A stretch of DNA of 64,000 nt from NCBI RefSeq assembly GCF_018350175.1, contig NC_058368.1, forward strand, positions 122,142,001 through 122,206,000, read 5' to 3'. The notes beneath the pieces are model-generated. The model did no database searches. It was not told the origin of the DNA and saw only the letters and a list, made by a program, of their open reading frames with translations. This document shows positions 1 through 11,170 of the stretch, piece after piece. The translations under genes and the position numbers were made by a program. Origin of the DNA: Felis catus. Lineage: Eukaryota. Every line of letters begins with the position of its first letter. Positions within the stretch are counted from its first letter, which is position 1.

Positions 1-525
1 ACCAATGGCTCCATAAGGGGTCCATTTACATTTTCCCAAGGAAATCTCTGTTTAAGCTCTTTTATCCAGTAAGTACACACTTAATATTTTTCAAAAAATC
101 AAAAATCTATATGTAATCCATATTTCTTGTTTTCTTGAAGAAAACATCTAAACCATTATCAGAATGAGTTTTCTCTCAAAAATGTTGTTCAGTTCGAAGT
201 GTCCTGTGATGGTGGTAGCTTAGGAAACTATAAAGAAATCATTGGACTTCTAATTGTTGAAAAACATTTTAAAGTCCTTTCCTGTGTTTTTGATGATTTA
301 CTTTTCTATTACTCAAAATGGTATATACCTATCCATTGAGTACTGAAATATTCCAAGATTTAAAGGCAAAAGGGGGATTTAGTAACGAAAAAAAAAAAAA
401 ACAGAGAAATTCTGTGTGATTGGGGAAAAGTGGAGGTTCAAACTCCCAAAGAAAGCTTTTCTACTTTAAAACAAAATTGCAGAATGTAGAAGTAGACCAA
501 ATGAGGGAGGCTGGCTTTGTCTTTT

Positions 526-735
526 TTTAAGTTTATTTATTTATTTTCAGAGAGAGAGAGAGACTGAGAGTGCAAGCAGGGGAGAGGCAGAAAGAGAGGG
601 AGAAAGAGAATCCCAAGCAGGCTCTCCACTCTGAGAACAAAGCCTGGCATGGGGCTCGAACTCACAAACCGTGAGATCATGGCCTGAGGTGAAACCAAGA
701 GTCACATGCTTAACAGACTGAGCCACCCAGGTGCC
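526..735 (-). mobile_element. CanSINE (SINEC, tRNA-derived)
   Basis: Reverse GGGCACCTGGGTGGCTCAG head, (GA)n and T-rich tail; TSD CTGGCTTTGTCTTTT at 511-525 and 736-750. Confidence 0.95.
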
Positions 736-829
736 CTGGCTTTGTCTTTTAAGAAGATAATGGTTTTCATTGATTTAGGAAAAGTGGGAAAAGAAAAAAA
801 GGATAACAGTGAACTGACAATGTATTTAT

Positions 830-1700
830 CATCTCTTTTTCCAAAGATGTCTTTTAAATTACAGTAAAAGAACAAAGCGTATGTGACCTCACAACAATGA
901 AGAGACTATATAGTATAGAGACTATTAGGAGGACTATGGATTTCATGTTCCTGGGAGAAGAAAAGTAGATAGAAGGATAATGACAATGAAGGGGAGATGT
1001 GACCAGACCAAACAGAGCACTCCTCTACCTTGCAGAAACCTGGAGAGATTCAGGACTCAGGAACACCAAAAATGACATGAAGATCAGGACCAAAAAAGGG
1101 AGGGAATGTTAAAGTAGAATCCATAGAAAAATCAGTTCATCTGCCCTCCATCCCCACTGCTTAACTCTTCTCCCTACTTCACCCTGGGAGGATAAAACAG
1201 AAGATTCTTCCCTTTGAAAAGAATTTAAATAATTTGGGGTAGTCTAAGATGGTGAGTTTGGGAGTTGGTTGTCCAAAGTGAAAGGGCCTTTATTCTGACA
1301 TTTAGAGATTCCCAAATGCAAGTTCATTCCCCTGCCTGCTCACTCTACTATGAAAGCAGCCAGTGATAAATCCTATTCGTGTTCATTCAGCTGTACTATT
1401 GATTCATTCTTACATATGGTTAGGCAATATAAGACCATCTAGATAATTGAGTAAAATATACAATGTAAAAAAAAATCAAGAAACACATGACAATAGATAC
1501 TGGTGGACACAGATATACTATTAGGAACATAAACACTAATTAGCACTTGCAGAGACACTAAAAAAGAGACATGAAGATCATGAACAAATTAACAAATCAA
1601 GAAGAAGATGCTATAAAAAAGGAACACATAGAGAATAAAACCCATGGAATGAAAAAAAAATATGGCTAATTTGTTTTTAAATCATTGGAAGGTTAGAAGT
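830..1700 (+). mobile_element. Old HAL1/L1ME-like 5'/ORF1 relic (5' part)
   Basis: A-rich decayed ORF1-like sequence that appears to resume at ~3731 after an inserted L1; boundaries approximate. Confidence 0.5.
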
Positions 1701-2072
1701 CAAAGAATAGAATAGAAAGCCCAGAAATAAACCCACGCATATATGGTCAACTAATTTATGACTAAAGTGCCAAGAATACACAAGGGGAAAATAGTCTTTT
1801 CAATAAATGGTGTTGGGAAAACTGAATAGCAACATGCAAAAGAATAAAACTGAATCCTTTTCTTACACCACACCCAAAAATCAACTCATAATGGATTAAA
1901 GACTTACACATAAGACCTGAAATTATAAAACTCTCAGGAGTAAACATAAGGGAAAGGTCTTTAACACTGATGTTGACAATGATTTTTTGGATACAACACT
2001 AAAGCACAAAAATAACCAAGCAGGATTATGTCAAACTAAGAAGTTTCTACATAGCAACATAATTTTTTAATT

Positions 2073-2286
2073 AAAAAAAATTTTTAATGTTTATTTTTTT
2101 TGAGAGAGTCAGAGACAGAATGCGAGTGGGTTAGGGACAGAGAGAGAGGGAGACACAGAATCCGAAGCAGGCTCCAGGCTCTGAGCTGTCAGCACAGAGC
2201 CCGACACGGGGCTCAAACTCACGAGCTACAAGATCATGATCTGAGCCAAAGATGGACGCTCAACCGACTGAGCCACCCAGGCGCCC
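2073..2286 (-). mobile_element. CanSINE (felid type), inserted in the tail of another SINE
   Basis: Full body with felid-type GACAGCTCAGAGCCTGGAGCC segment; TSD CATAATTTTTTAATT at 2058-2072 and 2287-2301. Confidence 0.95.
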
Positions 2287-2301
2287 CATAATTTTTTAAT
2301 T

Positions 2302-2465
2302 TTTTTTAATGTTTATTTATTTTTGAGAGCGAGACAAAGTGCGAGCAAGGGAGGGGTAGAGATAGACACAGAATCTGAAGCAGGCTACAAGCTCTGAGCT
2401 GTCAGCATAGATCATGACCAGAGTGGAAGTCATAAGCTTGACTGACTGAGCCACCCAGGTGCCCC
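2302..2465 (-). mobile_element. CanSINE with internal deletion
   Basis: SINE body lacking the B-box segment; outer TSD TCTACATAGCAA at 2046-2057 and 2466-2477. Confidence 0.92.
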
Positions 2466-3084
2466 TCTACATAGCAAAATAAACAATAAAAATGAAAAAG
2501 CAACATATGGAATGAAAGAATATTTGCAAACAATATATCTGATAAGGGGTTTATATCTAAAGTATGTAAGGAACTCCTATAACTCAATACAACATAACAA
2601 ATAGCTCAATTAAAACTGAGTAAAGAACCTGAATAAACAGTTTTCAAAAGAAGACATACAAATGGCCAACAGGTACAAAAAAAGGTGCTCAACATCACTA
2701 ATCAACAAGGAGATGCAAATCAAAACCAAAATGAGTTAACATCTCACACCTGTTAGGATAGCTATTATTTAAAAAGTCAACCAACAGCAAGTGTTAATGA
2801 GGATGTGGAGAAAAGGGAACCCCTGTGCACTGTGGGGGGAAATGTGAAACTGATAGAAAACAGTATGAAGCTTCCTCAAAAAAATTAAAAATAGAACTGC
2901 CATATTATCTAGCAATTCCACTTCTGGGTATAATACAAAAAAATAAATAATCACTATCTCTAAGGTATAATGTGTGTTCCCATGTTCATTGCAGCATTAT
3001 TCACAGTAGCCAAGATACGGAAACAACCTAGTGTCTGTTGATGAATAAATGAATAAAGAAAATAATGTATTTATATATAATATT

Positions 3085-3087
<3 letters not shown>

Positions 3088-3125
<38 letters not shown>
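3088..3125. repeat. (TA)n microsatellite
   Basis: Perfect TA run inside the L1 3' UTR. Confidence 0.97.
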
Positions 3126-3128
<3 letters not shown>

Positions 3129-3242
3129 ATAAAGAAGAGAGGTTACCCAACACTGGGCGGGGGGGGGGGGGGAAGCAGGTGGGAGAACAGGAGAGATACT
3201 GATCAAAGGGTAAAACCTTTCAGTTATAAGATGAATATGTTC

Positions 3243-3446
3243 AGGCCGGTCTGGGTGGCTCTGTTGGTTGAGCATGTGACTCTTGATTTTGGCTCAAGTC
3301 ATGATCCCAGCGTCTTGGGATCAAGCCCTGTGTTGGGTCCTGCACTGAGCATGGAGACTGCTTGAGATTCTTTCTGTCTCCCTCTGCCCCTCCCCCCACT
3401 TGAGTGCACTCTCTCTAAAATAAAAACATATTAGAAAATTTAAAAA
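3243..3446 (+). mobile_element. CanSINE (older subfamily)
   Basis: CTGGGTGGCTC head, CT-rich region, A tail; TSD AAGAT(G/C)AATATGTTC at 3228-3242 and 3447-3461. Confidence 0.92.
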
Positions 3447-3730
3447 AAGATCAATATGTTCTGGAGCAAGCAGTAGGTGGCTATACTACTAGGTGATTGT
3501 AGTTAACAATTGTGTACCGTATACATGAAATTTGCCAACAGTGGAGATCTTAAGGGCTCTTACCACACACATGCAAAGTATATGAGATAATGGATATGTT
3601 AATTAGTTTGATAATTAATTTAATTGGGGTAATCATTTCACAATGTATACTTATATAAAGACATTGCTTTGTGTACCTTAAATACATACAAGTTTTATTT
3701 GTCAATAAATAAAGCTGGGGGTGGGGTGGG

Positions 3731-4050
3731 AAGTAGAACAAAAAGATAAAGGAAGTATTAGATAATAAAGTTAGGAAATTATTCTAGAAAGCCAAACAGT
3801 CAGAAGTATCAGAAGTATCAGAAAGCTCTTTTTCTGATTAGGAAATCAAAAGGAAAGAAATTATGTAAAAAAATACTTAAAGAGAATGTCCCCCAGTTGA
3901 ATAACAGGAGTCTTCGAGATTAAGGACCCACTGGGTATCTATATTGATTATTTTTTTAAGACCTAAAAATGCATGATTTTCTTGAATTTTCAGAACACCA
4001 ATGATAAACAGAGGATTCTAAAAGTTTCCTACAAGAAAACAGAGGCCAAA
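3731..4050 (+). mobile_element. HAL1/L1ME-like ORF1 relic (3' part)
   Basis: GAATTTTCAGAACACCAATGATAAACAGAGGATTCTAAAAGTTTCC resembles HAL1/L1ME ORF1 consensus. Confidence 0.6.
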
Positions 4051-4067
4051 TATATTGCCATAACATC

Positions 4068-4140
4068 TACTTACTTACTTACTTACTTATTTATTTAGAG
4101 TAATCTCTACACCCAATGCGAGGCTTGAACTCAGGTGCCC
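4068..4140 (-). mobile_element. Truncated short tRNA-derived carnivore SINE with (TTAC)n tail
   Basis: TAATCTCTACACCCAATGCGAGGCTTGAACTC preceded by (TTAC)n/(TTAT)n. Confidence 0.7.
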
Positions 4141-4634
4141 ATCAAGATTCTTTTAAGTATTATTTTCACAATTCCCAGAAGGTATCTGCTAATAGGTCAA
4201 CCCAATGAAAAAGAGGCCAAGTCAGAAAACATACTGGAGTCAATTGGCTACTCTTTTTCTAGAATATAGATAGCACCAGGCCTTTGAGTAAAGGCAAAGT
4301 TGTTTACAGGGTGAAGAAGCTGCAGTGTGGAAGCAGGAAGAGCCATCCTTTACTGGGACTTTAGGGCAGGGGTAGGCTACGGTCTCTTCTAAGGGAGCGT
4401 TATGTCCTTGTTGCCACCTTCACAACTTTCAAAGGTTATTCCAGCAGACAACATGGGTAAATACAACTGAAGAGGTCACACAGATTGAGGTACACACAAT
4501 TTTGAAGTCAAATATGATGAAGAATCTCCCAATAAAGATTGGTTGCTTAATGGTGTTAAAATATCAAATTCAAACCAAAGCACAGACCTCCCCTACATTT
4601 TAAGGCTCACTCTCTATTTCACTCTATCTCCTGA

Positions 4635-5400
4635 ATCCCATTTATTCACTCATGAAACAAATACACATTCTATCTGAGGACCTTCCCTAGGCACTATGCC
4701 AGTGATGATGAATGAAAGAGAAAGTCTCGTCATGAAATGCTGTCTGTGAAGATAATGAAGAGGATTTGATGAGAGAAAAGAATGCAAAGGGGAGGGAGAC
4801 TCACTTGGATGGAATGATCAGGGAAGGGCTCTCAAGCAGGTAACATTTCAGCAGATTCAACAGTCCAGCTATATGAAGGGGTGGTGTGATGGGTGGTGCA
4901 GTGCAAAACAGGGAACAGTAGTGTGAATACCCTAAGGTGGGAAACAGCTTGGGGTGGGGAGGGGGGCGCTCAAGGATCTGACATATTGGATCAAAGTAAT
5001 GGAAAGGGAGGATGACCCAAGATGAAACTGGAAGGGTAATGAGAACCATTAACACATTGGGCCTGTAGGCTATTGTAGGAAATTAGAGTAAAATCCAAGG
5101 TGTGATGAAAACCCTCTGAGGAGCTTAAAGCACAGCAGGGGATGCCTGGGTAGCTCAGTAGGTTAAGGATCTGACTCTTGATTTGGGCCCAGGTCATGAT
5201 TTCAAGAGCCTCTTGTATGGCTCTGTGCTGAGCGTGGAGCCTGCTTGGGAATCTCTCTGTCTCTCTCTCTCTGCCCCTTTCTTGCTTATATATGCTACTG
5301 TGTGCGTTCTCTCTCTCTCAAAAATAAACAAATATATTTTTAAAATGCACAGGAGGGACATGAACTCATCGTGTATGGTCTTGTGTTTTATCTATTTAAG
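4635..5400 (-). mobile_element. L2 relic (interrupted by SINE)
   Basis: Starts with CATTTATTCACTCAT-type L2 3' end, followed by purine-rich L2 body. Confidence 0.7.
5138..5343 (+). mobile_element. CanSINE
   Basis: GGGGATGCCTGGGTAGCTCAG head, (CT)n, AATAAA tail; degenerate TSD around GCACAG. Confidence 0.93.
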
Positions 5401-5766
5401 GATTTCATCATGTGTATTTTCCACAGGCATCTCAACACCAAAACCAACAGACGTCATCTTCCTTGCCCCAAGGGCTTCTTCACCTCTTTCCATGCCTCCC
5501 TTCACACTCCAGTCCTTTCAAATATTTACTGAGAATAAACTCTTTGTCAAAATACTACCTGGGTCCCTAAAGTAGCCAAATGGCAAAAAATCACTAACTT
5601 AACATTTTCAGTTTCCTCACCCCGACAGCCAATCAGCAACTACGTCCTATTAACAAACTACATCCTATTGCAAAATGTCTAATTCTTCCTAGTTCTGGAA
5701 TTTTTTGCTGATTATTTAATATTAGTAATGGTAGCCATAACACTATTGCTACAAGTACTACCAGTA

Positions 5767-5868
5767 CTTTTTTTTTTTTAAGTAGCTCCACACCCAACGT
5801 GGGTCTTAAACTCAAGACCCTGAGATTGAGAGTTGCAGGCTCTGTCGAGTGAGCCAGCCAGCCACCCC
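5767..5868 (-). mobile_element. Short tRNA-derived carnivore SINE
   Basis: Poly-T then CTCCACACCCAACGTGGG...GAGCCAGCCAGCCACCCC; degenerate TSD TGCTA(C/T)AAGT(A/G)CT. Confidence 0.85.
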
Positions 5869-5879
5869 TGCTATAAGTG

Positions 5880-5990
5880 CTTCTAACAGTTCTTACTATG
5901 GAGCAGGCTTTGTTCTATGCATTTTATATAAATTAACACATTTATTTTTCACTAAATCCTAAGAGGTCTAGATCCACTGCCTCTTTACAG
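5880..5990 (-). mobile_element. MIR relic
   Basis: CTTACTATG...ATGCATTTTATATAAATTA...TTTACAG pattern. Confidence 0.55.
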
Positions 5991-6276
5991 TGTTCTTACT
6001 GGTTGGCATTACTCCCTTCAAGCCATCCTACTCATTTATTGACAGACTATTCTGCCCCACCCCCCCCCCCCCCCCACCCCTGCAAAGCTCTGACCAAGCT
6101 GAAGGACAGCTATGGTCCCTCAATTCCTTCAGAATGACATCTCGATTCCCTAACTTGGCTAGCACCCCCTCATGGTTTGGTTCTAATCTATACTTCCCAA
6201 TTCAAAACCCACTTCCTGTCTACACATAATAGATTTTTGCTACACTGGAATCAATATATTTGTAATTATCCTAATG

Positions 6277-6785
6277 CAGCAATTCTCAGATTATAGTCTG
6301 AGCACCTCTAGGGCTCCCTGAAACCCTTTTAGAGGGTCTACAAATCAACACTAGTTTATAATACTTAGAAGTTGTTTGCCATTTTACTCTCATTTCCTCA
6401 TGAGTGTACAGTGGAGTTTTCCAGAGGCTACACAATGTGTGATATCACAATAGACCAAATACAGAAGCATAAAGGAGAACACAGCTGTCTTCTAGTAAGC
6501 CAGACATCAGAGAGATTTACAAAAAATATAAAGTAATGCTAGTCTTCTTACTAATATTTTGTTTTGAAAAATATAGTAACTTTTGGTAAAAGTACATTGT
6601 GGGTATTAACAGGCAATGGATTTATTACTGTTATTTTAAAATGAATTAATAAATATTTCTAAAATCTGTTTTAATTTCTGATAAACTAAATATAAGAAGA
6701 TAGTGACTCACATAATTAAAACTCTTTGGGGTCCTCGATCATTTTTAAGGTTGTAAAGGGGTCCTTGAATAGCTTGAGCACCATA
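6277..6785 (+). mobile_element. hAT-Charlie non-autonomous DNA transposon (Charlie4a-like)
   Basis: GAGTGTACAGTGGAGTTTTCCAGAGGCTAC, CAGCTGTCTTCTAGTAAGCCAGACAT and CTCTTTGGGGTCCTC match recalled Charlie4a consensus; decayed TIRs. Confidence 0.85.
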
Positions 6786-6789
6786 GTTT

Positions 6790-6990
6790 GAATGGTTAGG
6801 AATACCTGCTTTAAAATCAGATTGGCCTGGAGGTACTAAAAACTTATTGACCTCAGGAAAGTTAAGGTTACATCAGAATCCTGAGTTTCTTCAATAGCAA
6901 AATGAGAATCATAATCATCAACATTATAGGCTAATGGAACCAAAATACCTGAGCCAGAATTAGCACATGTAAATCTACAGCAAATGGGAG
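6790..6990 (+). mobile_element. MIR relic
   Basis: GACCTCAGGAAAGTTAA...CTGAGTTTCTTCAATAGCAAAATGAGAATCATAAT core. Confidence 0.65.
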
Positions 6991-7299
6991 ATTCTGACAT
7001 TATCATGATCAACATAACAATCGTTTTTATTGTCATTTTCCGAATGTGCTCTAGCCTTCCAGCTTCTGAGTTATTAGTGCATCTTATCTCTGTAGGGACT
7101 GTCCTCTTAGTGAATTTTTTTTACCTACTGAGAGCCAACAGAGGTAGGATAACATTTTGTAAGTTAGGAGGTGACTCTCACTCCTCCTTGGACCTATCAT
7201 TCAGGCAGTAGAGATAGCTCCCTCTGTACACTCAACTCAGAACCAAAGAAGGCAGAACCCCAAAAACCAAAGTGTTATATTCTTTGTTTATTCGTTTCC

Positions 7300-7540
7300 A
7301 ACTACGCTTTTTATAACTTAGAGCAGGGATATTAATCTTAGAGTCTGGAGCCTGGGAGGGGAATAAAAAGGACTTTTGAAGATCAAAAGCTTGGCTTTTA
7401 ATACTAAGCACCAATGCCTGGCAGATTGAAAGCTTGGCATTTATTCTATGAGGAAGAAAAAAAAGGGAAGAATGCAAGCGGATTGCATAAGAGCATTATT
7501 ATGAAAGGAAACCAAAGTCTGACCAAGTGGCAGGAAGCAT
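7300..7540 (-). mobile_element. L2 relic
   Basis: GCTTGGCATTTATTCTATGAG-type L2 motifs. Confidence 0.45.
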
Positions 7541-8835
7541 GAAGATCAGATGGGCAAGTCTACAGATTGGATGTCCCCTGAATTTCTGATAAGGCTCATT
7601 AAACTCAGTCCTGAGATGGGGAGATGAGTGATAGAAATTACAGATAGATTATGGGAAATCTCACAGACAGCACGGGTTGGTGGGGGGTGGGGGGAACGGT
7701 ACCTCAAGATCTAAAGTATAGTCCAGAGGTTATAAACTTCTTAGAGATGGAGAATCCTCCTGTCTAACCAACGCAGGGCCTGAGTGACAGTTGTTCATGT
7801 AGACTGCTGAGTACATCTGCTTGGAATTCCATAATCCCAGCATCAGTAGAAAGAGAATGCTAGAAGTTCCTATGACCCCTACAGTTCGAGAGAAAAGCAG
7901 CAACAGTCAAGAACATGCTGGTAGACCCACAGTTGCCAGGAGCCAAATGAACGTGTGGATATTGGACTGGAGGTCACTGCAGGACCACATTCAACAATAG
8001 CAGGTAATAACATCAACAGCAGGAAACAGAAAAAAGTCACATCCAAGCCAGGACTGAGAGAAAGTATAAACTAAACATATTTGATAAAGAACTTATATCC
8101 AGCCTATTTTAAACAACTCCTACAACCCCATGATAAAAAGACAGCCTGGTAAAAAAGGGAGCAAAACAGGTGAAGATACTTAACCAAAGTAAATGTACAA
8201 ATGGCAAACAAGGACATGAAAATATGTTCAATATTATTAGTCATTAGGGAAATGCAAATTAAAGCCATAATGAAAAGTGCTGCATACCTACTAAAATTGC
8301 TAAGACTAACTGTATCAAGTGTTGGTGAGGATATGTAGAAACCGGCAATCTCACATGGTCATGGTGGGAGTGCAAAATTGCACTCTGGAAAATATTTGGT
8401 AGTTTCCTATAAACACACACCATTCAGTCCATTCATAGACATTTATTCAGGGGAAATAAAAACATATGTCCACACAAATATTTGTATTTGAATGTTCATA
8501 ACAGCTTTCATTCATAAGAGCCAAAAATTGGAACAATCCAAATGTCTACCAACTGGTGAACATCGTAGTGCTTCCACACAATGTAATACCTTACTATTCA
8601 AGAACTAAAGGGAGCTAACCACTGATCAATGTAATCCAGATACATCTCAAAATCTTGTGGTAAGTGAAAGAATCCAGAAACAACAGGGTACATGCTGCAT
8701 GATTCCATTAATATGATATTCTACAAAGACAAAACCATAGTGACAAATGACAGATCATCAGTTCCTAGTGCCAGACTGTGGGAAGAGGGAGTTGATTCAA
8801 AAAAGCAGAACTTTTTGAGGTAATGGAAATATCTT

Positions 8836-9556
8836 CTGTGCCATCCAATATGGTAGTCCCTAGCCACAGAGGATTATTGAGCACCTGACATATGGTTCTT
8901 AGGACCGAAGGATTGGATTTTTCATTATATAAAACTTAGATATAAATACAATTAAAAATTACAATGGAGGGGCACCTGGGTAGCTCAGTCGGTTAAGCAT
9001 CCAACTTCAGCTCAGGTCATGATTTCACGGTTCGTGAGTTTGAGCCCTATGTTGGGCTCTGTGCTGACAGCTCAGAGCCTGGAGCCTGCTTCAGATTCTG
9101 TGTCTCCCTCTCTCTCTGACCCTCCCCTGCTCACACTCTGTCTCTCTCTCTCAAAAATAAATAAACATTAAAAAAATTACAATGGAAAACTTTTAAGTAT
9201 GTTTGGAGCAAATTAGGCCATTTCATCTATTTCTTCAACTGTGAATTATATAAAATCTAAATACAAATCACATGTTTTTGATGAAAATTTTGTGTCTGAA
9301 TTGTGATATCCTGTAAGGGTAAAATACACAATAAATTTCAAAGAATTAATGTGAAAAAAGATGTAAAACACCTTGTTGATATGTTTTTATATTGATTACA
9401 TGTCAAAATAATTATATTTGGATATATTAAGTTAAATAAAACATATTATTAAAAAATTAATTCACCCATTTCTTCTATTTTTTTTTTAATGTGGCCACTG
9501 GAAAATTTTAAATTAAATTATGTGGGTTATATTATATTTCCATTGGATAGCAGTAT
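8836..9556 (+). mobile_element. hAT-Charlie1b/MER33-family DNA transposon
   Basis: Ends CTGTGCCATCCAATATGGTAG ... CATTGGATAGCAG (decayed Charlie1 TIRs); internal TGTAAGGGTAAAATACACA and TATATTGATTACATGT. Confidence 0.8.
8969..9171 (+). mobile_element. CanSINE (felid type)
   Basis: Full-length; perfect TSD AAAAATTACAATGGA at 8954-8968 and 9172-9186. Confidence 0.97.
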
Positions 9557-9717
9557 TTTATATAACAATGGTGGTAATGGTTATAAGACTGTAGGCCCTT
9601 GTGAAACTTATTGAACTGTACATTTAACTAGCAAATGTTATAATATGTCAATTATACCCCATTCAACAGATTAAAATAAAAAGGCAATATACATCAAACA
9701 ACACCATCAGGAAGACT

Positions 9718-9908
9718 GGTCAAGATGAATTACCTCCGGAGAGGGTAGAAATGAATTATTCTTGTGGGGTGGGGGGTACAAAATGAGTTTACCCCTGGAG
9801 TAGAGGATACAATGAGTAACACCGGGGAAGGACTTGACGTCTTTATGCCTTATGGGGATAAGATAAGTACCATCTGGGGTGAGGACAAGATGAGTTACAG
9901 CTGGAAGG
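9718..9908. repeat. Degenerate ~28-30 bp tandem repeat
   Basis: About six units of AAGATGARTTAC..C(C/T)GG(G/A)..GAGG. Confidence 0.55.
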
Positions 9909-10292
9909 CAGCACCACAGGGATAGAGGTCCATATGGAATACCAGAAAAAGTAAAATGTGCCTTAGCTGATGCCCATGAGGACAGAACAGGGATGCCATT
10001 CTGATAGGAAAAGGGGAAGGTACAGGATGGTTGCGTGTGTGTGAAATTGAATGTTTAGATCTTTAATTATACATTTAAATATGAAAGTATTGGATTACCA
10101 TGAAGTGGTGAGTACATCTTCTAATGTCAGCAAAAGTAGAAGTTAAAACCAATAAAGCTGCATTTTTGCACCAGTGAGTTGGTGCGCTATTGTGACTATA
10201 TATTTTAAGCCATGAATATGCCCTGAAGTCAAATACTTTTTATACATTCCCACATTTTGTCTTTTAAAATCAAATGATATGATTCCTTAAAG

Positions 10293-11006
10293 CCATGGTA
10301 CCCAAAGTGACATAAGGTACCTTGGGCACCACAGCAAACTCACAGGGGTGCTGTGACAGATTTTAAATATTTGAAGGAAACGGGGTGCCTGGGTGGCGCA
10401 GTCGGTTAAACGTCCGACTTCAGCCAGGTCACGATCTCGCGGTCCGTGAGTTCGAGCCCCGCGTCAGGCTCTGGGCTGATGGCTCAGAGCCTGGAGCCTG
10501 TTTCCGATTCTGTGTCTCCCTCTCTCTCTGCACCTCCCCCGTTCATGCTCTGTCTCTCTCTGTCCCAAAAATAAAATAAAAAAACGTTGAAAAAAAATTA
10601 AATATTTGAAGGAAACATACCTGCCAGATGCCATGCAAACTGTTAGCGTGAAGTAGATCACAGTTTCAACATTAGATTGTGTTACAAGTCATATTTTGGC
10701 AAAGCTTAGTTTTCAGTGATTGCTATTTTGAACTAATTATGGTTCAAAAATTAATATGGAGGAGCAAATCTGGTTCCAAGTTTCAAGAAATTATTAAGTG
10801 CTCAACGGGTACCTGTTATTACTGAAAAATTAAATTTTTTTCTCAATATATATTTTTCCAAAATTCTACTAAATTATTTGGATGACAATTTGTATTAAGT
10901 TATTTGGAACTACTTAATAAAGAAACTATTAGATACCTCTTTTGCCTAGGAAGCAGTGCCTGAGACAATAAGGGCTCTGGGAAGTGAGCAAGTTTAGAGA
11001 TCTCTG
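10293..11006 (-). mobile_element. MER119-like hAT-Charlie element
   Basis: CAGCAAACTCACAGGGGTGCTGTG, CACAGTTTCAACATTAGAT and CTGAGACAATAAGGGC match the reverse of recalled MER119 consensus. Confidence 0.8.
10382..10597 (+). mobile_element. Young CanSINE (Felis-type subfamily)
   Basis: CpGs largely retained; perfect TSD TTAAATATTTGAAGGAAAC at 10363-10381 and 10598-10616. Confidence 0.98.
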
Positions 11007-11009
11007 CTC

Positions 11010-11170
11010 TTCAAGGTTCACATTACTGTCTCCACATTGTAGTTGAAGAAGCTGGTAACCTGAGTATGGAAGAATTTGCCCAAGGGCAAATACTAGTAGA
11101 TACCAGATTTAGGATTTAATTCCCTGCTCCCCTCAACATAAAAGTCATGCTTGTGACCTCCTAGGTCTGC
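11010..11170 (-). mobile_element. MIR relic
   Basis: AATTTGCCCAAGGGCAAATACTAGTAGAT core. Confidence 0.6.

Larger units (their letters stand above)
1701..3720 (+). mobile_element. 5'-truncated L1 (L1MA-like), ORF2 3' end plus 3' UTR, interrupted by three SINEs and (TA)n
   Basis: Typical L1 ORF2 3' motifs (CCCAGAAATAAACCCAC, TCAATAAATGGTGTTGGGAAAACTG, ATGCAAATCAAAACC, GAGGATGTGGAGAAAAGGGAAC); ends AATAAAGCTGGGG. Confidence 0.9.
8070..9682 (+). mobile_element. Old L1 3' end (L1MC/MD/ME-like), split by a DNA transposon
   Basis: TTAGTCATTAGGGAAATGCAAATTAAA, AAGTGTTGGTGAGGATATGTAG; 3' UTR resumes at ~9557 and ends in an A-rich tail. Confidence 0.85.

Noticed and set aside
2100..2291. ORFs such as 2100-2291, 10385-10579, 24068-24250, 29627-29837, 41512-41697, 53290-53637 and 60947-61287
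   Set aside because: They are translations of CanSINE sequence, not genes.
5767..5868. tRNA-like sequences (also 4068-4140 and 44515-44640)
   Set aside because: tRNA-derived SINEs with A-rich tails, not functional tRNA genes.
6060..6075. Long C/G homopolymers (also 3159-3172 and 18791-18807)
   Set aside because: Simple slippage tracts with no functional context; lengths may be sequencing-error prone.
9718..9908. Regularly spaced repeats (also 48127-48218) considered as CRISPR-like
   Set aside because: Mammalian DNA, degenerate or irregular units, no unique fixed-length spacers, no cas genes.
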